Shown piece after piece: positions 41,824 through 49,308 of a stretch of DNA of 64,000 nt. Position 1 is the stretch's first letter. Every line of letters starts with the position of its first letter. The stretch is from the NCBI GenBank assembly GCA_022822065.1, contig JAJECI010000009.1, positions 1,340 to 65,339 of the forward strand. The letters run 5' to 3'. The notes under the pieces are model-generated. The model did no database searches. It was not told the origin of the DNA and saw only the letters and a list, made by a program, of their open reading frames with translations. The position numbers and the translations under genes are program-made. Source of the stretch: Candidatus Dadabacteria bacterium. Lineage in GTDB: Bacteria; Desulfobacterota_D; UBA1144; Nemesobacterales; Nemesobacteraceae.

Positions 41824-42558
41824 ATGCCCAGATTTCCGATCAAAAAAGAACCCTCCTCAGAAGACGACGGGATGCTTCGCGGAACAATATCCGAGAGCGA
41901 CTACGCTCATATAACGAAAGTGCTGAGGCTCGGGGCCGGGGATCGCATAACCGTTTTTGACACTGAATCCACCGAGTATGAGGGCATCTTGACGGATATC
42001 TCTTCTGGAGCCATCGCCCTCCGGGTTAACAGCATCCGCCGTCTGCAAACCGAACCGGAGCTGGAACTGAATCTCTTCCAGGCGATTCTCAAGGGAAACA
42101 GGATGGACGGGGTAATAAGCCAGGCAACGCAGCTCGGCGTATCGGAGATCTTTCCGGTAATTTCCGAGAGAACCCAGGTAAGGTCAACCGCCAAGGTAGA
42201 CAGATGGAACAAGATAGCTCTGGAATCAACAAAGCAGTGCGGAAGGGCAACCCCGCCTGTGGTTTCGGAACCGGTTGATTTCCGGGGTTCCTTTGGAGTG
42301 AGAAAGCAAAGCGAGATGAAAATAATACTTTATGAGAACCAGAGCGAACTGCTCGAGGACTACATGGATTCCCTAACAAAACCCGTAAACAGCATAAACG
42401 TCTATATAGGTCCCGAAGGGGGTTTTTCGAAAGAAGAAATCGCCCTGGCAAAGGAAAACCGCTACATAGCCCTTGGGCTTGGAAAAAGAATACTGAGAGC
42501 GGAAACGGCTTCAGTGGTAGGCTTAGCGCTTCTTCAGTCCCACTTCGGAGATATTTAA
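41824..42558 (+). CDS. rsmE: 16S rRNA (uracil1498-N3)-methyltransferase
   Basis: 244 aa with a PUA-like N-terminus and a SPOUT C-terminus (IGPEGGFSKEE, LGKRILRAETA). Confidence 0.85.
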   Translation: MPRFPIKKEPSSEDDGMLRGTISESDYAHITKVLRLGAGDRITVFDTESTEYEGILTDISSGAIALRVNSIRRLQTEPELELNLFQAILKGNRMDGVISQATQLGVSEIFPVISERTQVRSTAKVDRWNKIALESTKQCGRATPPVVSEPVDFRGSFGVRKQSEMKIILYENQSELLEDYMDSLTKPVNSINVYIGPEGGFSKEEIALAKENRYIALGLGKRILRAETASVVGLALLQSHFGDI

Positions 42559-42577
42559 CTAAAATCGGAACTATCCC

Positions 42578-42589
42578 AATAACTAGATA
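42578..42589. repeat. Left terminal inverted repeat AATAACTAGATA
   Basis: Exact inverted match to 44088-44099, preceded by TATCCC. Confidence 0.6.
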
Positions 42590-42900
42590 AACTCAAGACT
42601 GTGATTTCTTACATGGTGGGCGAAAGCCTATCTGTACTTTCGGTTCCGAGAACGCTTCCTTCTCTTTAATGTTGGAGCACCGCATCTCTCTTTTACCATA
42701 GTGTGAGTATAACTTAACATATGGCTCAGGGGAGAGATTAAATCCCTTTGCTGGTTTAAAATCTCCATCTTCCATTTTAGAAGTGGTCTATTGATCATTT
42801 CCGGGTTTCCTATTAGGTTAGAATGTGAGGATGAGGCAAGAAATGGTAGCTTCTTGCCTTCCCCTTAGCCTTTCATCATTACATCACATTGTCGTAGAAG

Positions 42901-43614
42901 TTAAGCTCCTCGTTTTGCCTTCTTCTTTATTAACTCAAGCCAGTCTGCAAAATCTTCATAACTGTTTTTACTCATTTTTTCGGGAAATTGTATTACAGCT
43001 TGTCCCTCATCCAAAGAACACAAATCTTGTCTTATCTCAGTCTTTCGTGTTTCAGTTGTATCAAACAGTGTCCTGTCGATAATTTCGTGCCCCGTGGTTT
43101 CGTTGCTTTCCTCTTCTTCGCCTTCGTTTTCGCCTTCAATGAGGTTTGCGAAAGAAATTGTTTCTTTGAATTTCTTGATAATGTCCTGTGCACTTGTTTT
43201 GCTTACCTCTTTTTCCGATGTCAGAAAATAGGTGATATTGGCGTCGGAAGGTAGACCGGCTTCACCCCACTTCTCCCACATCTCATCGAATATCCTAGGT
43301 TTGGTTGCGGCAGTTTTAATAAGTTCCTCACGTTCAGCGGAATCTTCTCTTTCATCTAGAATTATATTCCGTCCCAGCTTGGATATTTTAATGCTCCTGT
43401 CGTCTCCTTTACCCTCCACCTCCACTAACCCAAACGCACTTAATGCGGCTACAGTCCTGAAACCGCCACTGCTTTTTTCCTTATATCCCCAATGCTGTGC
43501 GGCTAATTTCGTATTGACAGTATTTGTACCTTCTTTGTTGTACAGTTGCCCCACCCTGCCTATGGCAACCTCTAATGATATAAAAGGATATTTAACAGCT
43601 TTTGCTCGAGCCAT
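42901..43614 (-). CDS. Hypothetical protein: putative winged-helix-like N-terminal domain, acidic linker and small C-terminal domain
   Basis: 237-aa ORF with a strong AGGAGG RBS 7 nt upstream of the ATG and a sigma70-like promoter. I recognised no catalytic motifs. It has an acidic low-complexity linker (EGENEGEEEESNE). Confidence 0.7.
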   Translation of the reverse strand: MARAKAVKYPFISLEVAIGRVGQLYNKEGTNTVNTKLAAQHWGYKEKSSGGFRTVAALSAFGLVEVEGKGDDRSIKISKLGRNIILDEREDSAEREELIKTAATKPRIFDEMWEKWGEAGLPSDANITYFLTSEKEVSKTSAQDIIKKFKETISFANLIEGENEGEEEESNETTGHEIIDRTLFDTTETRKTEIRQDLCSLDEGQAVIQFPEKMSKNSYEDFADWLELIKKKAKRGA

Positions 43615-43645
43615 TTTAAAACCTCCTGGCTTTTAAGATACTAGT

Positions 43646-43673
43646 AATATAATTATGGAATCCGGCGTGTCAA
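43646..43673 (-). promoter_or_regulatory. Sigma70-like promoter of the orphan ORF (TTGACA, 16-17 nt spacer, TATATT)
   Basis: The minus strand reads TTGACA (43673-43668), CGCCGGATTCCATAA(T), then TATATT (43651-46). AGGAGG and the ATG follow at 43614. Confidence 0.5.
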
Positions 43674-43676
43674 GGT

Positions 43677-43706
43677 AAATTGATAAAAATTGATAAAAAT
43701 TGATAA
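43677..43706. repeat. Three perfect tandem 10-bp repeats (AAATTGATAA x3) bracketed by direct GTCAAGGT copies
   Basis: Read directly: the repeats are at 43677-43686, 43687-43696 and 43697-43706. GTCAAGGT occurs at 43669-43676 and again at 43707-43714. The downstream copy overlaps the -35 box. Confidence 0.9.
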
Positions 43707-44009
43707 GTCAAGGTGACTAAAGAGATGCAAGGTGGCATCACCAAACCTCTCTTAATACATTGCCGTAGCGCATGCACGGAGTAAACCTGCGGCCTCCCGA
43801 GCCGGGCGACCAGCCTGCACATCTCCGGCCGGCAACGGGTATAACTGGTTTGTGGAAGGAGAGGGTCGTCTCTGGTTCTCATACGAAGAACAGCCTGGTT
43901 TTTATGGATGTACGGATTGCTGCGAGCTGGTTCACAGGAATACGACAACTGGCCGACCATACCACATCTCGTCCTCTCCAGACCTCTTGATTTCTACACC
44001 GACGCGGGG

Positions 44010-44087
44010 GATTGGTTTCTTCCGAGGAGCGTTATACGAGAGAGACTGTTTTCAACCATATAGCGGTCCTCGTCCCTGAAACCAATC
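44010..44087. other. Long imperfect hairpin (10 + 6 + 7 bp stacked helices, about 22-nt loop) abutting the right TIR
   Basis: GATTGGTTTC (44010-19) pairs with GAAACCAATC (44078-87). CGAGGA (44023-28) pairs with TCCTCG (44067-72). CGTTATA (44030-36) pairs with TATAGCG (44059-65, one G.U pair). Confidence 0.6.
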
Positions 44088-44099
44088 TATCTAGTTATT
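44088..44099. repeat. Right terminal inverted repeat TATCTAGTTATT
   Basis: Exact reverse complement of 42578-42589. It is followed by A and then TATCCC. Confidence 0.6.
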
Positions 44100-44114
44100 A
44101 TATCCCGACTGAAA

Positions 44115-44507
44115 TCAATCAACTAAAGTGTAAATGGCACTGGCCTTAGCAACGCAGACACCCGAATTCCAAACCTCACTCTCAACGGGCATTATTCTTC
44201 CCTGTCTGAGCACTTTGGCGCGACAAACCGTAACACCTTCTGTGATGGGCTCGAGGTAATTTATATTCATCCCAGACGTGAGAAACTTTTTCCCTTCTCT
44301 TGCGACACTGGCAACCGCAACCCCGCAGGCCGCGTCCGCCAGGGTGAAAATGGCGCCGCCGTGGAGCATTCCGTAGTGCTGCGTATACTCTTCAAGAAAC
44401 GGCATGGAAAGCTCCGACTCCCCGTTCTCCATGCGCAGGATCTCTATTTTCATCGTGTCGAAAATCTCCGGGTGACCGGAAGGAAGTCTGATGGGTTCTT
44501 TGCTCAT
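44115..44507 (-). CDS. PaaI-family hotdog-fold thioesterase
   Basis: 130 aa with the MLHGGAIFTLADAACG motif typical of PaaI/YbgC-like thioesterases. Confidence 0.8.
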   Translation of the reverse strand: MSKEPIRLPSGHPEIFDTMKIEILRMENGESELSMPFLEEYTQHYGMLHGGAIFTLADAACGVAVASVAREGKKFLTSGMNINYLEPITEGVTVCRAKVLRQGRIMPVESEVWNSGVCVAKASAIYTLVD

Positions 44508-45679
44508 ACTCCTCGCTCCTTTAGGACTGAACTTCTGGCGAAAAACAGAAAACCTAGGAAGACCATAAGCGCTATTGAAACAAACATCGTCCTGAATCCG
44601 AAAAGCTCGGCTACCACTCCGAAAACAAAAGACCCCAGCATTCCGCCGCCCGTGAACGAAACGCTGCTTATGGCAAAAGCCTTCGCCCTAGCCTCCTTCG
44701 GATTCGATTCTATTATGATTGAATATATTGAAGGATACACAAATCCGTGCGCGCAGCCGAACATGATTCCGCAGAGAACAAGAAGCTTGATCTCGTGCAC
44801 GAAACTGAGCATGAAAACGCTCACTCCCAGAAAGAAAACGAACGGGGAAGCGACTCTCCACTTTCCGTATCTGTCGGGAACCCAGCCGAGAAACAACCTG
44901 ATCGCAAGCACAGAAAGGGTGTAGGAAAGAAAATAAACGTGAAAGTTCTCTATATTTATGGAGAGCGAAAAAATGGAGATGAAGTTAAGCGTGGTTATAA
45001 ACGCCGCCCCGCATATAAAGAGCGTGGCGGAGGACACAGATGTAGCCCCGTTCCGAAGACAGTCCAAATAGCCCGGTCCCGTGTCTTCCGGCGCGGCCGT
45101 TTTTTTTCCTTCTCCGATCATAAAAGAGACTCCAAGACCCAGAAGCGCCGTGGCGGTGAGAAAGAAAATAAAGAAATCAAAACCGAAATTCTTCATGAGA
45201 ATGGAGCCTACGTAAGGGGCAATCGCATAGTTTATTATCGTGAAAACACCGTATATGCCGAGCGCCTGCGCCCTTCTTTCCTCGCTTGAAACATCAACCG
45301 TAAGCGCCCCGGCCGCGACAAAGAAAAGGGAAAAAGAGCAACCGTGAACTATCCTTATAACGTAGTAGAGGTAATCAACCCTGTCCAAGAAGGCCAGCGG
45401 AAACGTCGAGGCGGCAAGTAGTGCGAACCCGAGCAGCACAAACAGCTTTTTTCCGTACCTGTCGGTTATGTGGCCCGCGTAAGGAGTAAGAAAAAGGGTG
45501 CTCAGCCCCGCGATTCCCATCACGAATCCCACGATCTTCTCGGTTTCTCCCAGCTCAAAAATTCTAATGGGCAGAAGGAGAAACGAATGAAAGTTAAAGA
45601 AGTAAAGACACCCGAGGAAGGTTACAAGCACAAAGCTTCTGTTAAGTAAGGGTGGCGGGGTTTTCTGTGCGTCGCTCAT
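44504..45679 (-). CDS. MFS transporter
   Basis: 391 aa with about 12 predicted TM helices and an MFS motif A-like segment (GHITDRYGKK). Confidence 0.8.
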   Translation of the reverse strand: MSDAQKTPPPLLNRSFVLVTFLGCLYFFNFHSFLLLPIRIFELGETEKIVGFVMGIAGLSTLFLTPYAGHITDRYGKKLFVLLGFALLAASTFPLAFLDRVDYLYYVIRIVHGCSFSLFFVAAGALTVDVSSEERRAQALGIYGVFTIINYAIAPYVGSILMKNFGFDFFIFFLTATALLGLGVSFMIGEGKKTAAPEDTGPGYLDCLRNGATSVSSATLFICGAAFITTLNFISIFSLSINIENFHVYFLSYTLSVLAIRLFLGWVPDRYGKWRVASPFVFFLGVSVFMLSFVHEIKLLVLCGIMFGCAHGFVYPSIYSIIIESNPKEARAKAFAISSVSFTGGGMLGSFVFGVVAELFGFRTMFVSIALMVFLGFLFFARSSVLKERGV

Positions 45680-45716
45680 TTTTTAAAAGAAAGAAATCCT
45701 CTATCCAAAACCGTTC

Positions 45717-46991
45717 TTATTTTTCTGAATTCATACTTGAAAACCTGTTTTTCCCGTAGAAAAAATACACGACTCCCGCTACGGCAAAGAGAAAAAAGAG
45801 TATCACGGGCAGGTATTTGTCGAGGTTGCCTTTAAGAAAGGAGATATTGGAAACACCTACTGTAACGCTTCCGGGTTTTAAGTCGGATAGCACGTATTTC
45901 AAGAACGCTTCGTCGTGAATCATGATATCTTCCGCAACCGCTTTAGGCTGTTTGACCCGGATTCCGAGTTCTGTCTTTCTTACAAACACCGCAAGATCGC
46001 CGACTTCATAGTCAAAACCTATCGAGAACTTCTCCCCGATTTGCGAAAGAAGGAGGGAATAACCAAGAGCAACCCTTTTCATCCCCGGAAGAAAAGGAAG
46101 CTTGCTGTAAAGCTTCTCTCCCTTTCTCTCCGCCGCCTCCGGATTGACGCTATCTGAAAAAGTAACATCCTCAGCCTCCTCGGGAATCGAAAAGACAAGG
46201 CTCGTCGTATCCGGGCCCGTCTGCTCTCCGGTAAAAACGGTGTCTCCCGAATTCTCAAAAACATAAAGTGAGGTCACATTCACGCTCCCACCCCGGTTAT
46301 CCGGGTAGACAATCAGGTTCAGCGACCGCAAAGAGATGTTTTCATCCGAACTCGTGGTATCGTAGACCGGGAGATCAAGGGTGATTTCATCCTTTCCGGG
46401 AAGAAAAACCATCTTTCCCGAAACATACTGGACTCCCCGGTGAAAAAGCATGATCTCATAGCTTCTGTCCCACCGCAGGGAGGAAAAAGAGAACGCGCCC
46501 AGCGAATCCGATTTGGCGAAGTGCCGCTCTTCCTTCCTGTCTCCCATGTACGAGACCAAAACGACGTCCTGGCCCTCTTGCGGCTTCTGCGTCGTGATGT
46601 TCCTTACCTGACCCGTTATCGTCCCGCTTTCAGAAAGACCAGGGGGAGGCGTGTACCCAAGCAGGTAGTCGGCAACTCTCTGGGCGTCGCTTTCTGAAAG
46701 ATTCATGGGAGGCATAGGCGGATAGCCTTCGTTTATCGGTTTTTTCTTTCTTTCGACATAGAGGCTTTCCGGATCCTTGGCCCATCTGACCAGATCATCT
46801 CTTGAGTATCTCTCCCCTACGCCCAGAAGGTCGGGGCCTACGAACCTCCCCTTTCCAATCGTATGGCATCTTACGCATTTGCCCTCGATAAAAACCGACT
46901 CCCCCGATACCTGTGCCGGGGCCGGGGAAACCGCGACCGAAGAGAAAAAGAGAAAAGAAATTAAAAAAGCATGTAATGCTGTTTTTTTCAT
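45717..46991 (-). CDS. Membrane-anchored monoheme c-type cytochrome domain protein
   Basis: Signal peptide and a single CxxCH (CVRCH) in a class I cytochrome c-like domain. This is followed by a beta-rich region (TITGQVRN..., carboxypeptidase-regulatory-like) and a C-terminal TM helix. Confidence 0.7.
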   Translation of the reverse strand: MKKTALHAFLISFLFFSSVAVSPAPAQVSGESVFIEGKCVRCHTIGKGRFVGPDLLGVGERYSRDDLVRWAKDPESLYVERKKKPINEGYPPMPPMNLSESDAQRVADYLLGYTPPPGLSESGTITGQVRNITTQKPQEGQDVVLVSYMGDRKEERHFAKSDSLGAFSFSSLRWDRSYEIMLFHRGVQYVSGKMVFLPGKDEITLDLPVYDTTSSDENISLRSLNLIVYPDNRGGSVNVTSLYVFENSGDTVFTGEQTGPDTTSLVFSIPEEAEDVTFSDSVNPEAAERKGEKLYSKLPFLPGMKRVALGYSLLLSQIGEKFSIGFDYEVGDLAVFVRKTELGIRVKQPKAVAEDIMIHDEAFLKYVLSDLKPGSVTVGVSNISFLKGNLDKYLPVILFFLFAVAGVVYFFYGKNRFSSMNSEK

Positions 46992-47003
46992 GGTTCCAAC
47001 AAG

Positions 47004-47351
47004 CTACGAAACGGGAGTCTCGAAAGGAGATGGCTTCGTTTCCCCTTCGGTTTTTTCGCTTTTCTCCGTCGATTGGAGTTCCGAGATCTGTTTTGTAACG
47101 GCCACCGCTTTTTCCTTGTACCTTGATATAAGCTCGGCGTAGTCCTGCTCGTTGAGCTTCCCCATGTCACGGTCAAGCTCTATATCCTTTATGGAGGAGT
47201 AATAAAGGTCTCTTCTCTCGTAAAGCTGCTCAAGCCGGTTAACCTCGGGACTGTCCGCTACGCCCTGCTTCCTGCGACCCAGAAAAAGAGGGTAAATGGT
47301 AAAAACCGATACCAGCGCCACAAGCAGAAGAGAAATTACGTATTCACTCAT
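47004..47351 (-). CDS. CcmI-like protein (N-terminal membrane/coiled-coil module only)
   Basis: Start trimmed to MSEYVISLLLVALV... (ATG at 47351, ATGA overlap with the ccmF stop). It has one TM helix and then RRDLYYSSIKDIELDRDMGKLNEQDY, which resembles the CcmI/CycH N-terminal region. Confidence 0.5.
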   Translation of the reverse strand: MSEYVISLLLVALVSVFTIYPLFLGRRKQGVADSPEVNRLEQLYERRDLYYSSIKDIELDRDMGKLNEQDYAELISRYKEKAVAVTKQISELQSTEKSEKTEGETKPSPFETPVS

Positions 47352-49306
47352 GCGCCCGACTCCTTTTTTCTTCGCCCCTCGGGCCACATTGTAACAATCG
47401 CTCCAAGGACGATAACAAACCCTCCTGCCCATATCCAGTTAACCATAGGGTTAAGAAGAGCCCTTACGTTTACCTTTCCGCTTCTGTCAACCTCGGAGAG
47501 TATAAGATAAAGATCGTCTCTGAAAGTTGAGCGAAGCGCGACCTCGGTTTCCTGGTTTATCTCCCTGTTTCCCTCGTATTTGTAGATGTTTTTTTCGGGG
47601 TACATGGTCGCGACGCTTCTACCATTGTTCTCAATCGAAAGTTCCGCCGAAAATCCGTCCTTGGCGTCGTTTGAAATAAAGCGCACCCCATGGAAAACCA
47701 GATCGTATCTCCCGAGAGAAAAGGAATCTCCCTTTTCCAAAATAACCTCCTTCTGAGTAACGAAAAGAGAAGAGGCCGTGATTCCTATTACCAACAGCAC
47801 CACTCCGAGATGAACGATATATCCGCCGTAGCGTCTGCGGTTCCTTGAGATGAGGTTAAAAAAGGCCGAAACCGGATTCTCTCCCCTGCCGCTGCGCACC
47901 CTTATACCCCTGAAATACTCAAGAAACACCGTCGCGGCGACAAACCCGCAGAGCGCGAAACTTAGAAGCGCCACGGGTTCCCTGAGGCCGAAGACAAGAA
48001 GCGCCAGGAGCACCACCGTGAAAACCACCCCCGGAAAAACGAAATTTCTCTTGAGGTTCGCCGTCGAAGCCTTTTTCCACGATATAAGCGGACCTATTCC
48101 CATCAGCAGGATGAGGACAAGCCCTATGGGCACCCCTACGGCGTTGAAATAAGGGGGACCGACAAGGATATTCTTCCCAGTGAAAGCCTCAGAGAGCACG
48201 GGGAAAATCGTCCCCAGGAACACGGAGAACGCCGCCGCGAGAAAAAGGAGGTTGTTAAACAGAAAGGCGCTTTCTCTTGAGAGCACGGAATCGAACCTCT
48301 CTTCACTCTCGAGCTCTTTTGACCTGTAGACGAGAAGGGCGAAGGAAAAAAGCAGTATGAAGACCATGAAGCCGAGAAAAAGCGGACCTATGTCCGAGCG
48401 GGCAAACGAGTGAACCGAGGACACTATGCCGCTTCTGGTTATGAAGGTGCCAAATATTGAGAGAAAGAAGGTGATTATAAGAAGAATCATGTTCCATTTC
48501 TTAAGCATCGCCTTTCTCTCCTGAATCATGACGGAGTGAAGAAACGCGGTTCCCGCAAGCCAGGGCATAAACGCGGCGTTCTCAACCGGGTCCCAGGCCC
48601 AGTACCCTCCCCAGCCGAGTTCAAGGTAAGCCCATCTGGCCCCGAGAAGAAGCCCGGCGGAGAGAAACATCCAGGAAAAAAGGGCGTATTTCCTGCAGTT
48701 CCTTATCCATTCATCCCCGAGGCGCCCGCTAAGCAGGGCTGCTATGCCGAAGGCAAAAGGCACCGTGATACCCACATATCCCACATAAAGAGTGACCGGG
48801 TGGATGGCCATGTATCCGTTTTGAAGAATAGGATTAAGCCCCCTACCTTCCCCGACCGCCACGCCAAGCTTCTCGAAAGGGTCTTCCACGTAGGCGACGA
48901 GAAAAAGGAAGAAAACGGAAACGGCGCACAAAACGATGTTCACGTAAGGGTCCCCGCCCTTTTTTCTGCTCCTTAGGACCACGAAAGCCATATACAGGGA
49001 GAGAATAAGACTCCAGAGAAGCAGGGATCCAGCCTGCCCGGCCCAAAGGGCCGTCACCCTGTATATCACCGGAAGGTCGGTGCTCGTGTTAAGGGCCACG
49101 TACCTGAGCGAAAAATCAAGCGTTACAAGCTCATAGACAAGGCAGCACACCGCTACCAGAAGAAGAAAGGCAACCGAGACAATACCGTTTCCGCCGCTTT
49201 GAGCGAACGCGCGGCTCCCCGTTCTCGCGGCAACAGCGCAGGCAGCAAGACTGTAGATAGTGATAAAGAAGGAAAGAAGTATGGCTATACTTCCGAGATC
49301 AGACAT
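47348..49306 (-). CDS. ccmF: Cytochrome c heme lyase subunit CcmF
   Basis: 652 aa, polytopic, with the WWD motif WGGYWAWDPVEN. Confidence 0.92.
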   Translation of the reverse strand: MSDLGSIAILLSFFITIYSLAACAVAARTGSRAFAQSGGNGIVSVAFLLLVAVCCLVYELVTLDFSLRYVALNTSTDLPVIYRVTALWAGQAGSLLLWSLILSLYMAFVVLRSRKKGGDPYVNIVLCAVSVFFLFLVAYVEDPFEKLGVAVGEGRGLNPILQNGYMAIHPVTLYVGYVGITVPFAFGIAALLSGRLGDEWIRNCRKYALFSWMFLSAGLLLGARWAYLELGWGGYWAWDPVENAAFMPWLAGTAFLHSVMIQERKAMLKKWNMILLIITFFLSIFGTFITRSGIVSSVHSFARSDIGPLFLGFMVFILLFSFALLVYRSKELESEERFDSVLSRESAFLFNNLLFLAAAFSVFLGTIFPVLSEAFTGKNILVGPPYFNAVGVPIGLVLILLMGIGPLISWKKASTANLKRNFVFPGVVFTVVLLALLVFGLREPVALLSFALCGFVAATVFLEYFRGIRVRSGRGENPVSAFFNLISRNRRRYGGYIVHLGVVLLVIGITASSLFVTQKEVILEKGDSFSLGRYDLVFHGVRFISNDAKDGFSAELSIENNGRSVATMYPEKNIYKYEGNREINQETEVALRSTFRDDLYLILSEVDRSGKVNVRALLNPMVNWIWAGGFVIVLGAIVTMWPEGRRKKESGA

Positions 49307-49308
49307 TT

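Larger units (their letters stand above)
42578..44099. mobile_element. Candidate insertion element (about 1.52 kb) with 12-bp TIRs and a flanking TATCCC duplication; no recognisable transposase
   Basis: AATAACTAGATA at 42578-42589 is the exact reverse complement of TATCTAGTTATT at 44088-44099. TATCCC lies immediately outside both ends (42572-42577 and 44101-44106). The element fills the gap between two convergent housekeeping genes. Confidence 0.45.

Noticed and set aside
42593-42775. 60-aa minus-strand ORF inside the insertion (MEDGDFKPAKGFNLSPEPYVKLYSHYGKREM...).
   Set aside because: It has no Shine-Dalgarno sequence upstream and no recognisable motif, and it sits at the length threshold. 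It may be a gene remnant, but I cannot support it as a gene.
43677-43706. Tandem repeats considered as a minimal CRISPR-like or type III toxin-antitoxin RNA repeat array.
   Set aside because: The units are only 10 bp and directly abutting with no spacers, and no cas or ToxN-like gene is present. This is more consistent with protein-binding sites.
43720-44087. I tried to identify the GC-rich non-coding segment as tmRNA, RNase P RNA, SRP RNA, 6S RNA, a cobalamin riboswitch, a group II intron domain V or a retron msr/msd.
   Set aside because: - RNase P: no GAGGAAAGTCC or ACAGAACCCGGCTTA P4 motifs on either strand.
- tmRNA: no tRNA-like 3' end (T-loop GGTTCGA-type plus CCA) and no GGGG...TTCGAC 5' end.
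- SRP RNA: no GGAAGCAGCC motif.
- Cobalamin riboswitch: no B12 box in the proper context.
- Retron: no reverse transcriptase gene nearby.

The segment therefore remains unclassified rather than assigned.
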